Assembly: GCA_965202645.1 (NCBI GenBank)
Contig: OZ241840.1
Coordinates: 735,523-799,522 of the forward strand
Direction of reading: 5' to 3'
Origin: Bdellovibrionales bacterium
GTDB lineage: Bacteria > Bdellovibrionota > Bdellovibrionia > Bdellovibrionales > UBA1609
Length of the DNA: 64,000 nt
In this document: in pieces, positions 30,763 to 39,135 of the stretch
Layout of the letters: each line of letters begins with the position of its first letter
How positions within the stretch are numbered: the first letter of the stretch is position 1
The notes under the pieces: model-generated
Databases searched by the model: none
What the model was told of the DNA's origin: nothing
What the model saw: the letters and a program-made list of their open reading frames with translations, nothing else
Made by a program: the position numbers and the translations under genes

Positions 30763-31638
30763 ATGAAAAACCAAGCGTTTCGCCTTAAAGATCTAAAAAA
30801 AGATCGGGTTTTCAGATACTATTTTAAAAAATATGAGGATGATCTGATTCATCTGCTGAACAGCTTTCTTCCCCTCCCTGATAAAACAGCAATCAAGAAG
30901 ATCAAGCTGTTGGATGAGCAATTTCAGCCTGATGATTTCACAAAAAAAGAAAGCCTGATGGATATTCGTGTGGATTTAGACAGTCAAGGCTTAGCCAATG
31001 TGGAGATGCAGAGGATTCCGGAAAAATACTTTAGGTCTCGGGCATTATTTTACGCCTCTAGACTGCTGGGCTCGCAGTTGGAGAAAGGGGCGAAGTATGA
31101 GCGGATTCAGCCGGTATATTCCTTATTATTTTGCGGCAGGTCTTTATTTCCTGAGCTGAGGGAGCATTACAGCGTATTCAGTTTAAGGTGCGACACTCGG
31201 CCGGATATTTTATGGACGAGGGATTTAAGGCTTGTATTGGTGCAGTTGGATCAATTTCGGAAGAGTTTAGATAATTTGGTTGATAATGTGGATAGGTGGT
31301 GTTATATTTTAAAGAAGGCCCCCCAGCTGGATGAGCTGGAGTTTAAGAGGCTCTCTGGCAGTGGCGGGGGATTTGGAGGTATTATGTGGCATTTGCGAAA
31401 GCTTTCGGAGGATGAGAAGGCCAAAATACTGGAGGAGTATGAGGAGATGAGGTGGCGGGATGAGCAAGCTCGTCTGGATGGCGCAGAGGAAAGGGGAATG
31501 AAAAAAGGCATAGAGCAGGGCATGAGGCAAACAGCTTTGCGAATGCTTAAAAAAAACCTTGATCCCGCTCAAATTTCAGAGTGGACAGGCTTGTCTGAAG
31601 AGGAAGTTAAAGCCCTAAAAAAGAGGGATTGTTTTTGA
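30763..31638 (+). CDS. Rpn-family recombination-promoting nuclease / PD-(D/E)xK putative transposase
   Basis: DRVFRYYFKK...LLNSFL, K.SLMDIRVDLDSQGLANVEMQ, RALFYASRLL..Q and the C-terminal GMKKGIEQGMRQTAL...LDPAQISEWTGLSEEEV tail are characteristic. The ATG at 30763 follows AAAGGAG. Confidence 0.8.
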   Translation: MKNQAFRLKDLKKDRVFRYYFKKYEDDLIHLLNSFLPLPDKTAIKKIKLLDEQFQPDDFTKKESLMDIRVDLDSQGLANVEMQRIPEKYFRSRALFYASRLLGSQLEKGAKYERIQPVYSLLFCGRSLFPELREHYSVFSLRCDTRPDILWTRDLRLVLVQLDQFRKSLDNLVDNVDRWCYILKKAPQLDELEFKRLSGSGGGFGGIMWHLRKLSEDEKAKILEEYEEMRWRDEQARLDGAEERGMKKGIEQGMRQTALRMLKKNLDPAQISEWTGLSEEEVKALKKRDCF

Positions 31639-31865
31639 TCCGCGCCACAGGGGACAGCGCCAGTCTCGTCAATGATGAGAGCTTTAAGCTAAAGGTTTTT
31701 GCTTAATCAAACAAGCCCGTTTATTTTCTTTCATGCAATCAAGCTATACAGCCTGTGGCTGGCATTATCATCAGGCAATATGCCTCTCTCCGCCTATAGA
31801 TTAAGCCCTAAGCTTTTTGCTCCCGCCCCGGCCATCTATTTGCACTGGCACACCATGATTGCTTT

Positions 31866-32054
31866 TCAGTTTCGATCAAGTTTGGCTTTTATCTCTTTTA
31901 GATCTTCTTTTATGCTGGCTGAAAGCTTATCAATTTTTTTGTTTGTGTCTGTGATATGATTGTCCAAATTCTCTTTTATATGGCCGATCTCTTGATTTAA
32001 AAGCTCAAACTTATGGCCGATCTTTATGTAAAGAAACCAAAACAAAGCTTTCAA
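31866..32054 (-). CDS. Small coiled-coil protein (paralog 2 of 3), probably N-terminally damaged
   Basis: Encodes ...IKENLDNHITDTNKKIDKLSASIKEDLKEIKAKLDRN. About 38 nt around the NHITDTNKKIDKL motif are ~90% identical at DNA level to 11681-11715. It starts at a TTG, and a hydrophobic N-terminus (MIMPLGFSFESFVLV) lies in another frame just upstream, suggesting a frameshift. Confidence 0.4.
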   Translation of the reverse strand: MKALFWFLYIKIGHKFELLNQEIGHIKENLDNHITDTNKKIDKLSASIKEDLKEIKAKLDRN

Positions 32055-32133
32055 AGCTGAAACCTAAAGGCATAATCATTGACAGCTCTAAAAATACGCT
32101 TTCGTTTATAGAAGGAGAGTGAACAGCTCTTTT

Positions 32134-33318
32134 TCACTTATGAGAAAAGGTAGAGTTAAAGTCCTCCTTTAAATTTTTGCAAAAAAAATCAAAAGGCCAA
32201 ATTTCAACTCCCTGTTCAGTTTTCCTTATAGTCTGGCCTAAATACACAACGATCCGCCTTTTAACAGCCGGCAATTTGCTAATAGCTTTTAGCCCTCTAT
32301 AATCTTGAGGGGAAACTTGAGTTTTAGCCTTAACCTCAATGGCTATTAAGTCCCCTCCCCGCTTAAGCAAAAAATCAACTTCTGTTTTTTTTGCTTCCGA
32401 AGAAGACCAATAATAAATATCATCATAAAGCTCCCGATAATCTTTATACGCCCGTAAGAGCTGAGCTATTAAGCCTTCAAAAAGAAAGCCTTTTTCCTCA
32501 ACAGAAACCGGGCCAAAGTTTTTCTTTAAAGCTCGCGCAATTCCGGGATCAATAAAATAAAATTTACTGCTTTTTTGCTCTTTCACACGGAGTTTTGGAT
32601 AATAGGCGGGCAAGAAAAAGCCTAGCATTGTATCCTCTAAAATAGAAAAAAAATCGCAAGCGCAGTGTCTGGAAATTTGAGAATCTCTCGCGACAGCAGT
32701 CATGTTTACAACTTGCCCATGACATAAGCCGGCTACTTCCAAAAAGCGGGCAAAAGCCGGCAAATCTCTCGCTAAAGCCTCAGCTTTAATTTCCTCTGTA
32801 AGATAGGTTTCAGTATAAGCTTTTAATTTACTGCCTCTGTCAGCGGAAGACCACACAATCGGGAGCAAGCCATAGCGCAAAGCCTGGCTTAAATCAAAAT
32901 CCTCCCCTAATTCTTCAGGAGTAAAAGGATGAAGCAATTTTTTGCCCGCCCGGCCGCCTAAAAGGTTTACTCCTTTAGCGGCTTTAATTTTGCGGGCGCT
33001 GGAGCCTGTGAAAATAAAACGGCGCTGGGAAGATTCAATAAGACGATGAGCCTCATCTAAAAGCTGAGGTATTTTTTGAATCTCATCCACAATAACCAAG
33101 CCATCATTTTTGAAAGCGTTGACTTTTTCATAAAACTGCCCAATATTGGACAAATAGCTCTGATAGATAGACGCATCTAAAAGATCAATATAAAGGACTG
33201 AAGGTGAAGACGGAGGAAAAAGCTTTTTTAAAAGCTGAGTTTTGCCGCTTCCTCTAACTCCAAACAGAAAAATGTTGTCGTTATCTGAAATTTTAATAAT
33301 CCGATTTTTTAAAATCAT
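32134..33318 (-). CDS. AAA+ ATPase with DUF4143-type C-terminal domain
   Basis: Walker A GVRGSGKTQLL, Walker B VIVDEIQ. The C-terminal part (YYWSSSEAKKTEVDFLLKRGGDLIAIEVK) is typical of the AAA_14/DUF4143 family, with a restriction-endonuclease-like fold. Confidence 0.75.
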   Translation of the reverse strand: MILKNRIIKISDNDNIFLFGVRGSGKTQLLKKLFPPSSPSVLYIDLLDASIYQSYLSNIGQFYEKVNAFKNDGLVIVDEIQKIPQLLDEAHRLIESSQRRFIFTGSSARKIKAAKGVNLLGGRAGKKLLHPFTPEELGEDFDLSQALRYGLLPIVWSSADRGSKLKAYTETYLTEEIKAEALARDLPAFARFLEVAGLCHGQVVNMTAVARDSQISRHCACDFFSILEDTMLGFFLPAYYPKLRVKEQKSSKFYFIDPGIARALKKNFGPVSVEEKGFLFEGLIAQLLRAYKDYRELYDDIYYWSSSEAKKTEVDFLLKRGGDLIAIEVKAKTQVSPQDYRGLKAISKLPAVKRRIVVYLGQTIRKTEQGVEIWPFDFFCKNLKEDFNSTFSHK

Positions 33319-34077
33319 ATTACAATTTTCGCCGATTTTTTAAAATTATTTTACAATTTTCGTAGATTTTTTTAAAAAAGTCAAAGAAAATCGTCTATTT
33401 TTCCGTAAAAACACGATTTTTTAGGAAATTATATACCTAACACAGCAAAAAATCTGTGACAGCCTTTAAATATAAGGCTTATAGGAGGTTTTAATGATTT
33501 CGCTCAAAAAGCGGGTGCAAAATATGGAATTTAATATAAAGTGTTGATTTTGCTTTTAACTTTTTTTGCGTATAAACCGCTCAAGGCGCAAAAATGCTGT
33601 GTCAAATATATAATTCCCGATTTTTTAGCTCTTTTCATTATTGTTGGCTTATATTTCCACAATATTATCCGCCGATGATAAAAAAGCCCCTGTCATAAAT
33701 CTCTCTAACTTTGCGACATGTTTGCGACAAAGTTTGCGACATATTCATGCTATGAGGGCTTACAAATATAGACGGGGTGGGAAAACAGCCTATCAAGGGA
33801 AAATCACGCTATACAGCAGAGAATTAGACGATCCGCTGCTTAAGAGCTGGCGCCGCGGGCAGAGAGATCAAACAAAAGAAAAGAGATTGAGACAAGCTTG
33901 TTATGGCTGTTTAAGCGGCCTCCCGGCGAGAGGAGATTAAGCCTCAATGGTTTGCCTCCCGCTCCGGCCAGTTTAGTCCACGGCGGGCTTTGCTCAGTGT
34001 ATAGTTGCAGGTAATGATAATATAGTGAATATTAAGATACGCGCGAGCAAAAAAAGCGAGAAAGATAAAGGATCAGG

Positions 34078-34174
34078 TTGACTTCTCCTAAAAGTGAATG
34101 ATATATAGAAGATAACCTTCCCACTTGTTTCGGTGAGTGGGTGCGAGCCGGCGCAAGCCGGCTTTCGCGTTTTT
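34078..34174 (+). promoter_or_regulatory. Promoter plus two-hairpin leader/sRNA ending in a U-run, 6 nt before the NYN start codon
   Basis: TTGACT (34078-34083), an 18-nt spacer, TATATA (34102-34107). Hairpin 1 is cccact/agtggg (34120-34141). Hairpin 2 is gcgagccggc-GCAA-gccggctttcgc (34143-34168, GNRA loop), followed by gttttt. No SD lies between it and the ATG at 34180. Confidence 0.5.
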
Positions 34175-34179
34175 AAGCT

Positions 34180-34824
34180 ATGAAAACAATCGTATATATT
34201 GATGGCTGGAATCTTTATTATCGCGTCCGGAACGCTCCCTATAAGTGGCTAAATCTTAAAAAATTAGTCCAGTTTTATTTGCCCAAAAAACACAATGTCA
34301 TAAAAATCAAGTATTTTACCGCAAGAACGCAAAGTTTGCCGGAAGATCCTTTAAAAGACACCAGACAGGATATATATTTGAGAGCTATTAAAACTATTCC
34401 TCATTTAGAAGTTATTTTTGGCCAGTTTAAAAAAAGGCAAATAACAGGCTTGCGCTGTCATTATAAAAATGGGCGGTATGTGGAGGGGACTGAACTTATA
34501 ACTATTAGCAAATGGGAAGAGAAAGAGACAGATGTAAATATCGCGACCCATATTCTCGCGGACACACCACAGTATGATTGTGCTGTTTTAATTTCCAATG
34601 ACACAGATTTGAGAGCGCCATTAAAACATATAAAGAAAATCTTAAGAAAAAATGTTGGAATTATAAGCCCGCGAAGGAATATTCATATAGAATTAAGAAA
34701 TGCCAGCCATTTTCAAAAAAGAATATCCAATCAAATTTTAGAGCGATGCCAATTTCCTGAGATAATGAGAGATATCAAAGGAGAGTTCTTTTGCCCGCCA
34801 AAGTGGAAACAGATAAAGGGTTAA
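34180..34824 (+). CDS. NYN domain (LabA/PIN-like) protein
   Basis: The N-terminus MKTIVYIDGWNLYY and the later EKETDVNIA...VLISNDTDL supply the acidic residues characteristic of NYN/PIN-like nucleases. Confidence 0.75.
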   Translation: MKTIVYIDGWNLYYRVRNAPYKWLNLKKLVQFYLPKKHNVIKIKYFTARTQSLPEDPLKDTRQDIYLRAIKTIPHLEVIFGQFKKRQITGLRCHYKNGRYVEGTELITISKWEEKETDVNIATHILADTPQYDCAVLISNDTDLRAPLKHIKKILRKNVGIISPRRNIHIELRNASHFQKRISNQILERCQFPEIMRDIKGEFFCPPKWKQIKG

Positions 34825-34906
34825 ACAAACTGGTTGTTTCCCTGCCTGCGCTTTTCAAATAAAAAAAACCTGCCATGAGAGAGGCTTTTTTCCCTCACTC
34901 CACCGC

Positions 34907-35056
34907 TTAAAAAATAGGGTAAAGGGCCGGCAGGACAGGAGCTGTTTCCACAGCCAAAATAATTAAGCCTAAAGCCAAGAGAGCCAAAATCAAAGGGATC
35001 AGCCAATATTTTTTTCTGATCGCTATAAACTTTATAATGTCCTTTATAAACGCCAT
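34907..35056 (-). CDS. DUF5989-family small membrane protein (49 aa)
   Basis: Found by translating a frame not in the track: MAFIKDIIKFIAIRKKYWLIPLILALLALGLIILAVETAPVLPALYPIF-stop. The RKK[FY]WL[LI]P[IL]IL pattern and its position after carbamoyltransferase/SxtJ fit DUF5989. This replaces the listed ORF 34821-35075. Confidence 0.65.
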   Translation of the reverse strand: MAFIKDIIKFIAIRKKYWLIPLILALLALGLIILAVETAPVLPALYPIF

Positions 35057-35130
35057 AAGCCAGCGCTCCTTCCAATATGACAGCCGCTTTGGCTTATAAT
35101 GTTCTTGATAACACCCATAAGCCAGCGCCT

Positions 35131-35361
35131 TTAAAATGGGTTTTTAAAATGATCCGGAGGCAGTGGAGGAGATTTTTTAAGCCAGCTGGCCCTTATCTTT
35201 GGGCGGGGATAAAATAGCCTTAAAAAAACCCTTCTGATTATGGCTGTTGGAGTTAAAATCATCCACCAGATTATGGCCAGAAAAAAGAATATAACAAACC
35301 GGTTCCACAAAGACACATATTTAATCCATGATTTTTTTATAGAGCGTCTATTCATAAGCAT
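35131..35361 (-). CDS. SxtJ-like small membrane protein
   Basis: 76 aa with one or two TM segments. C-terminal pattern ILTPTAIIRRVF...SWLKK and the position directly after a carbamoyltransferase support the call. Confidence 0.45.
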   Translation of the reverse strand: MLMNRRSIKKSWIKYVSLWNRFVIFFFLAIIWWMILTPTAIIRRVFLRLFYPRPKIRASWLKKSPPLPPDHFKNPF

Positions 35362-35397
35362 TTACCGCTTCTTTATTATTTTAAGCGAACAGCCTTG

Positions 35398-37266
35398 TCA
35401 ATCCGGCTTCAGGCTGGAGATATACAAATCTTTGGATTTTATTTTTTGATCCTCTTTTCTTAACACACAGTCTTCTATAACACAAAGATCCAGGCCTGTA
35501 TTCATAAAACAGCGATAGGCTTCATAAGGAGAGCGGACAATAGGCTCTCCGCGAACATTAAAAGAGGTGTTGATCAGCCCCGGGCAGTTTGTTTTTTTGT
35601 AAAAGGCCTCTATGAGCTTTTTAAATCTAGGGTGAGCGCTTTGCCCCACAGTCTGTATTCTTGAGGAGTAATCCGCATGGACCGCGGCGGGCAAAGGGGA
35701 TTTGACAATATCTTGCTTGTCCAGCCCTTTAGCGCGTTTGACTCGCTCCCCGTTTTTTCTATGGCGGGGCAGAGTGTATGAGACCAACAGCATATAAGGG
35801 CTTTCCATTGGCTCAAAAAAATCAGCTGTTTTTTCCTCCAAAATACTAATGGCAAAAGGGCGGAAAGACTCCCTAAATTTTATTTTTTGATTCATTTGTT
35901 TTTGTATATGCTCTAAGCGGGCATCCGCCAAAATAGAGCGACAGCCTAAAGCTCTCGGGCCAAATTCCATAGCCCCCTGAAACCACCCAACAACTTTAGC
36001 CTTTAAAATTTCATCAACAACAAGGGAAATAAGCTCCTCCTCTTTATATGTTTTATAAACAGCGCCCTCCTGAGTGAGAATTTCCTCCACAGATGGGGAG
36101 GAGTAAGAGGGTCCCAACAAAGCCCCTTTCATGGAGTCCGGCTTCCGGGGATGGCGCGGCTTCCTCAAAAATTCATGCCATGCGCTGTAGGCGGCGCCCA
36201 AGGCCCCGCCGGCGTCTCCCGCCGCAGGCTGTATCCATAACGATTTAAAGGGGCTTTGGCTTAAAATTTTTTGGTTAGCGACACAGTTGAGAGCCACTCC
36301 TCCAGCCATGCACAAACTGCTGGCTTTTGTGTTTTGATAAAGCGTCCGGCTGAGTTTAACGACAGCCTCCTCAATAATTTGCTGAGCGGAGGCGGCGACA
36401 TTCATATAATGAATATCGATCTCTGTTTGAGAATCCGTCCGGCGGGGAGCTTTGTTTAAGAGTTTTTGCAAAAGGGGGCTGAACATTTGATGAGAATGCG
36501 GATAGCTAAAATACTCCATATTTAACTGAAAGCTTCCGTCCTCTTTAATGTCAATCAGATGCTCTTTAAAAAGGGAAACAAATATCGGCTCTCCATAAGG
36601 GGCTAAGCCCATAAGCTTATATTCCCCGGAATTAACCTTAAAGCCGCAATAATCAGTGAAAGCGGAATAAAACAGGCCCAGAGAATGGGGAAAGTCTATT
36701 TGCCAAAGAGGCTCAATTTGCGCTTTATCGCCCATCCAAGCTGAAGTTGTAGCCCACTCTCCAACGCCGTCCAGACACAAAATAGCGGCTGACTTATAAG
36801 GGCTGGGGTAAAACGCTGAAGAGGCGTGAGACAAATGATGATAATTAAAGAGAATTTCCGGAGCCTCTTTTTTAGAAATGGCAAAAGCTTTTGAGAGCTT
36901 TTTCTTTATCAAGGAGCGAATATTTAATTTTCCCCCCAGCCATACGGGCATGGCTTGTTTAAAAGAGGCAAAGCCTTTAAACGGGGCATAATCCATGTAG
37001 GTTTCAATGAGCCGCTCAAAAGTCAAAAAAGGCTTGTCATAGTAAGCGATATAATCGATTTGCCTTAAAGCCTCCTGATGGGAGATTGGCTTAGGGGATA
37101 ATTTGGAAATTTGATCCAGACAAAACCGAAAGGAATGAATGGGAAAGCTTGAATCATGCTTTTTTCTTGTCCATCTCTCCTCCTGAACAGCGCAAATTAA
37201 TTCTCCATCATCAATAAGAGAGCAAGCGCTGTCATGATAAAAAGCGGAAAGGCCAAGTATTGTCAT
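35398..37266 (-). CDS. Carbamoyltransferase (NodU/CmcH family)
   Basis: MTILGLSAFYHDSACSLIDDGELICAVQEERWTRKKHDSSFP, plus the HHLSHA, GGVALN and NTSFN(V/I)RGEPIV blocks. Confidence 0.9.
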   Translation of the reverse strand: MTILGLSAFYHDSACSLIDDGELICAVQEERWTRKKHDSSFPIHSFRFCLDQISKLSPKPISHQEALRQIDYIAYYDKPFLTFERLIETYMDYAPFKGFASFKQAMPVWLGGKLNIRSLIKKKLSKAFAISKKEAPEILFNYHHLSHASSAFYPSPYKSAAILCLDGVGEWATTSAWMGDKAQIEPLWQIDFPHSLGLFYSAFTDYCGFKVNSGEYKLMGLAPYGEPIFVSLFKEHLIDIKEDGSFQLNMEYFSYPHSHQMFSPLLQKLLNKAPRRTDSQTEIDIHYMNVAASAQQIIEEAVVKLSRTLYQNTKASSLCMAGGVALNCVANQKILSQSPFKSLWIQPAAGDAGGALGAAYSAWHEFLRKPRHPRKPDSMKGALLGPSYSSPSVEEILTQEGAVYKTYKEEELISLVVDEILKAKVVGWFQGAMEFGPRALGCRSILADARLEHIQKQMNQKIKFRESFRPFAISILEEKTADFFEPMESPYMLLVSYTLPRHRKNGERVKRAKGLDKQDIVKSPLPAAVHADYSSRIQTVGQSAHPRFKKLIEAFYKKTNCPGLINTSFNVRGEPIVRSPYEAYRCFMNTGLDLCVIEDCVLRKEDQKIKSKDLYISSLKPD

Positions 37267-37584
37267 AAAAAAATAACTCTTAATCCGGCGATGGCTATTA
37301 TTATACTGATTGAGTTTTGAGATTTCACGGCTTTTTAGCTGTCCCCCGATAATTTTCAGATAGCCCTCGTTTTGGCGCTGAGGGAATCTAAAGCGAGTCC
37401 CTCCACATTAGCCCTCGTTTTGGCGCTGAGGGAATCTAACCAAAACCCTGATAACATTTTCAAATGCTGTCCGCCTTCCGGCTCCTCTAAAACACAAAGC
37501 CTCTTTTGTAATTCTTGAAAAATCACACGGGCCCGCGCGCTCAGAAGCTGTTTAACGATTTTATTTGTTTTCAAGCATTGCCGT

Positions 37585-37938
37585 TTAAGAGGATTTGCCG
37601 GCGGGCGGATATTTTATGGCGTTTTTAGCCAGCTTGTCCTCTAAACAGCTGGCCAGATCAAAATTATAAAGCTGGGCAAATCTCAAAAGAAAGCATAGAG
37701 TGTCTGCCAGCTCCTCGCTTATTCTCTCTCTCATTGGCTCATCCTGTGTCATTTTATAGCTTTGCTCTTCAGAATGAAAGCGAAAAATATCCAACAGCTC
37801 ACAAGCCTCTGTAGCCATTCCAATAGCTAAATCTTTGGGATTGTGGGGCTTGTCCCAATGCCTTTGAGAGCAAAACTCAGCAACTGTTTCCTTTAAGCCT
37901 TCCAAAGAGACATGGCTGTCTTTTTTTAAATTATCCAT
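37585..37938 (-). CDS. MazG-like nucleotide pyrophosphohydrolase (all-alpha NTP-PPase)
   Basis: 117 aa. The pair ATEACELLDIF and ELADTLCFLLRFA carries the EExx(E/D) metal-binding helices. Confidence 0.7.
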   Translation of the reverse strand: MDNLKKDSHVSLEGLKETVAEFCSQRHWDKPHNPKDLAIGMATEACELLDIFRFHSEEQSYKMTQDEPMRERISEELADTLCFLLRFAQLYNFDLASCLEDKLAKNAIKYPPAGKSS

Positions 37939-38116
37939 AATTGAATCTCCTTATCTTTTAATTGAAAATTTTTTAAGCAAAGCGCTCACCCATGACCCCA
38001 TTTAAGCGAATGCTTTTCCTTATTTCAAAGAGAAAGACTGCGCTTTTTTCAGGACCGGCATCCCTATCCCTATCCTTAGGAGCCGCTACAGCCAGTCCTC
38101 GGCGGAAGATGCCTTT

Positions 38117-38435
38117 TTAAAATAGGGAAAAAGTTAATATATACCCGATAATACATTAAAAAATAGGGAAAAAGTTAATATATGCCTGCCAATACATTAA
38201 AAAATATGCGAAAAGTTAATATATGCTTGCCAATACATTAAAAAATAGGGAAAAAGTTAATATATGCTTGCCAATACATTAAAAAATAGGGAAAAAGTTA
38301 ATATATGCTTGCCAATACATTAAAAAATATGGAAAAAGTTAATATATGCTTGCCAATACATTAAAAAATATGGAAAAAGTTAATATATGCCTGCCAATAC
38401 ATTAAAAAATATGGAAAAAGTTAATATATGCCCGC
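38117..38435. repeat. Eight tandem copies of a 41-bp unit
   Basis: Unit: aatacattaaaaaatagggaaaaagttaatatatgcttgcc. The marker agttaa recurs at 38132, 38173, 38214, 38255, 38296, 38337, 38378 and 38419 (period exactly 41). There are no spacers. Confidence 0.95.
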
Positions 38436-38503
38436 TGTTTTTTCGGGATTTGCGGCTTTTTTAGTATTTTATAAAAAAATTTTATAGTATTTTAATAAGA
38501 ATT

Positions 38504-38512
38504 TGGTATAAT
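38504..38512 (+). promoter_or_regulatory. Extended -10 promoter (TGgTATAAT), 11 nt upstream of the ATG at 38524
   Basis: TGGTATAAT at 38504-38512 with no SD before the ATG. This implies a leaderless or near-leaderless mRNA. Confidence 0.45.
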
Positions 38513-38523
38513 AACCGAGAAAC

Positions 38524-38814
38524 ATGGAAAATTTAGATCCAAATACTATTATTGCTATTTGCGCTTTTATGGGTGTTCAATTTGGTATAATATATTTTCT
38601 GCTTACCTTTACCAAAGGCTCAATAGAAAAAGATATAGCTCAGCTTGAAACTAAGCTTGAAAAGAGAATTGACAGCTTAGAGGCTGGCCAAGCCAAACTT
38701 GAGGCTGGCCAAGCCAAACTTGAGGCTGGCCAAGCCAAACTTGCCGCCGATCTTGATAAAATGTTTGGACTTATAAAAGAGATTGTTAAGAATCCATCAA
38801 ATAAGCGGCCATAA
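38524..38814 (+). CDS. Small N-terminal-TM coiled-coil repeat protein (paralog 3 of 3)
   Basis: 96 aa. TM segment IIAICAFMGVQFGIIYFLL, then a coiled coil with three copies of LEAGQAK (21-bp repeats). It shares the EAGQA(K/R) motif with paralog 1. Confidence 0.6.
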   Translation: MENLDPNTIIAICAFMGVQFGIIYFLLTFTKGSIEKDIAQLETKLEKRIDSLEAGQAKLEAGQAKLEAGQAKLAADLDKMFGLIKEIVKNPSNKRP

Positions 38815-38852
38815 GCCTCATGGCCAAAAGTCCGCTTATCCAATAAATACTC

Positions 38853-39002
38853 TGATCTGTCCCTGATATTCGGACAATTTGCTAAGAATAAGGCGGCGTG
38901 TTAAACATAAAGTAGGTGTCAGCAATGAGGGACAGCCAAAATAAAAAGAGAAGACGCTATTCAGAGGCGTTTAAGCTGGAGGCCGCTCAATATCCGCCAT
39001 AA
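38853..39002 (+). mobile_element. Relic of an IS3-family element (left end plus first 25 codons of orfA)
   Basis: The TG-initiated end tgatctgtccctgatattcggacaatttgc is followed by ATG (38925) MRDSQNKKRRRYSEAFKLEAAQYPP-stop. RRYSxEFKxxA is the hallmark N-terminus of IS3/IS911 OrfA. Confidence 0.5.
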
Positions 39003-39135
39003 TGCTCTTACTTGAGAGATTATTTCCCGGAGAGAGGGGAATAGCTAAACCTGCTATGCCTGTTTAAAGTGGCTCTGTGGGTTTTCTCAGTTCAGCTCTT
39101 AAATTAGCAATCAGCAATAGCTTCGGCCTAAAATC

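Noticed and set aside
33319-33420. Direct repeats ttacaattttcg(cc/ta)gatttttt upstream of the AAA ATPase as a regulatory site
   Set aside because: There are only two short AT-rich copies, which cannot be distinguished from compositional chance in this AT-rich spacer.
33641-33940. 99-aa ORF as a real gene
   Set aside because: It has a non-ATG start and no SD, and it spans the TTTGCGACA repeats. Only the internal M..YKYRRGGK stub has any resemblance (integrase-like). It is treated as a possible relic in the findings.
34821-35075. 84-aa track ORF downstream of the SxtJ-like gene
   Set aside because: A different frame in the same interval encodes a 49-aa protein with the DUF5989 pattern, matching the expected operon partner. 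The 84-aa ORF is its shadow.
37356-37574. 72-aa ORF just downstream of the MazG-like gene
   Set aside because: It has a TTG start without an SD, and its C-terminal half is the translation of a 2-copy 45-bp repeat with hairpins (37360-37440). Support is insufficient.
38117-38435. Possible CRISPR array (also considered for 44489-44910, 55082-55320 and 22267-22487)
   Set aside because: The units are contiguous direct repeats with no unique spacers between them. No cas genes are present in the window. These are plain tandem arrays.
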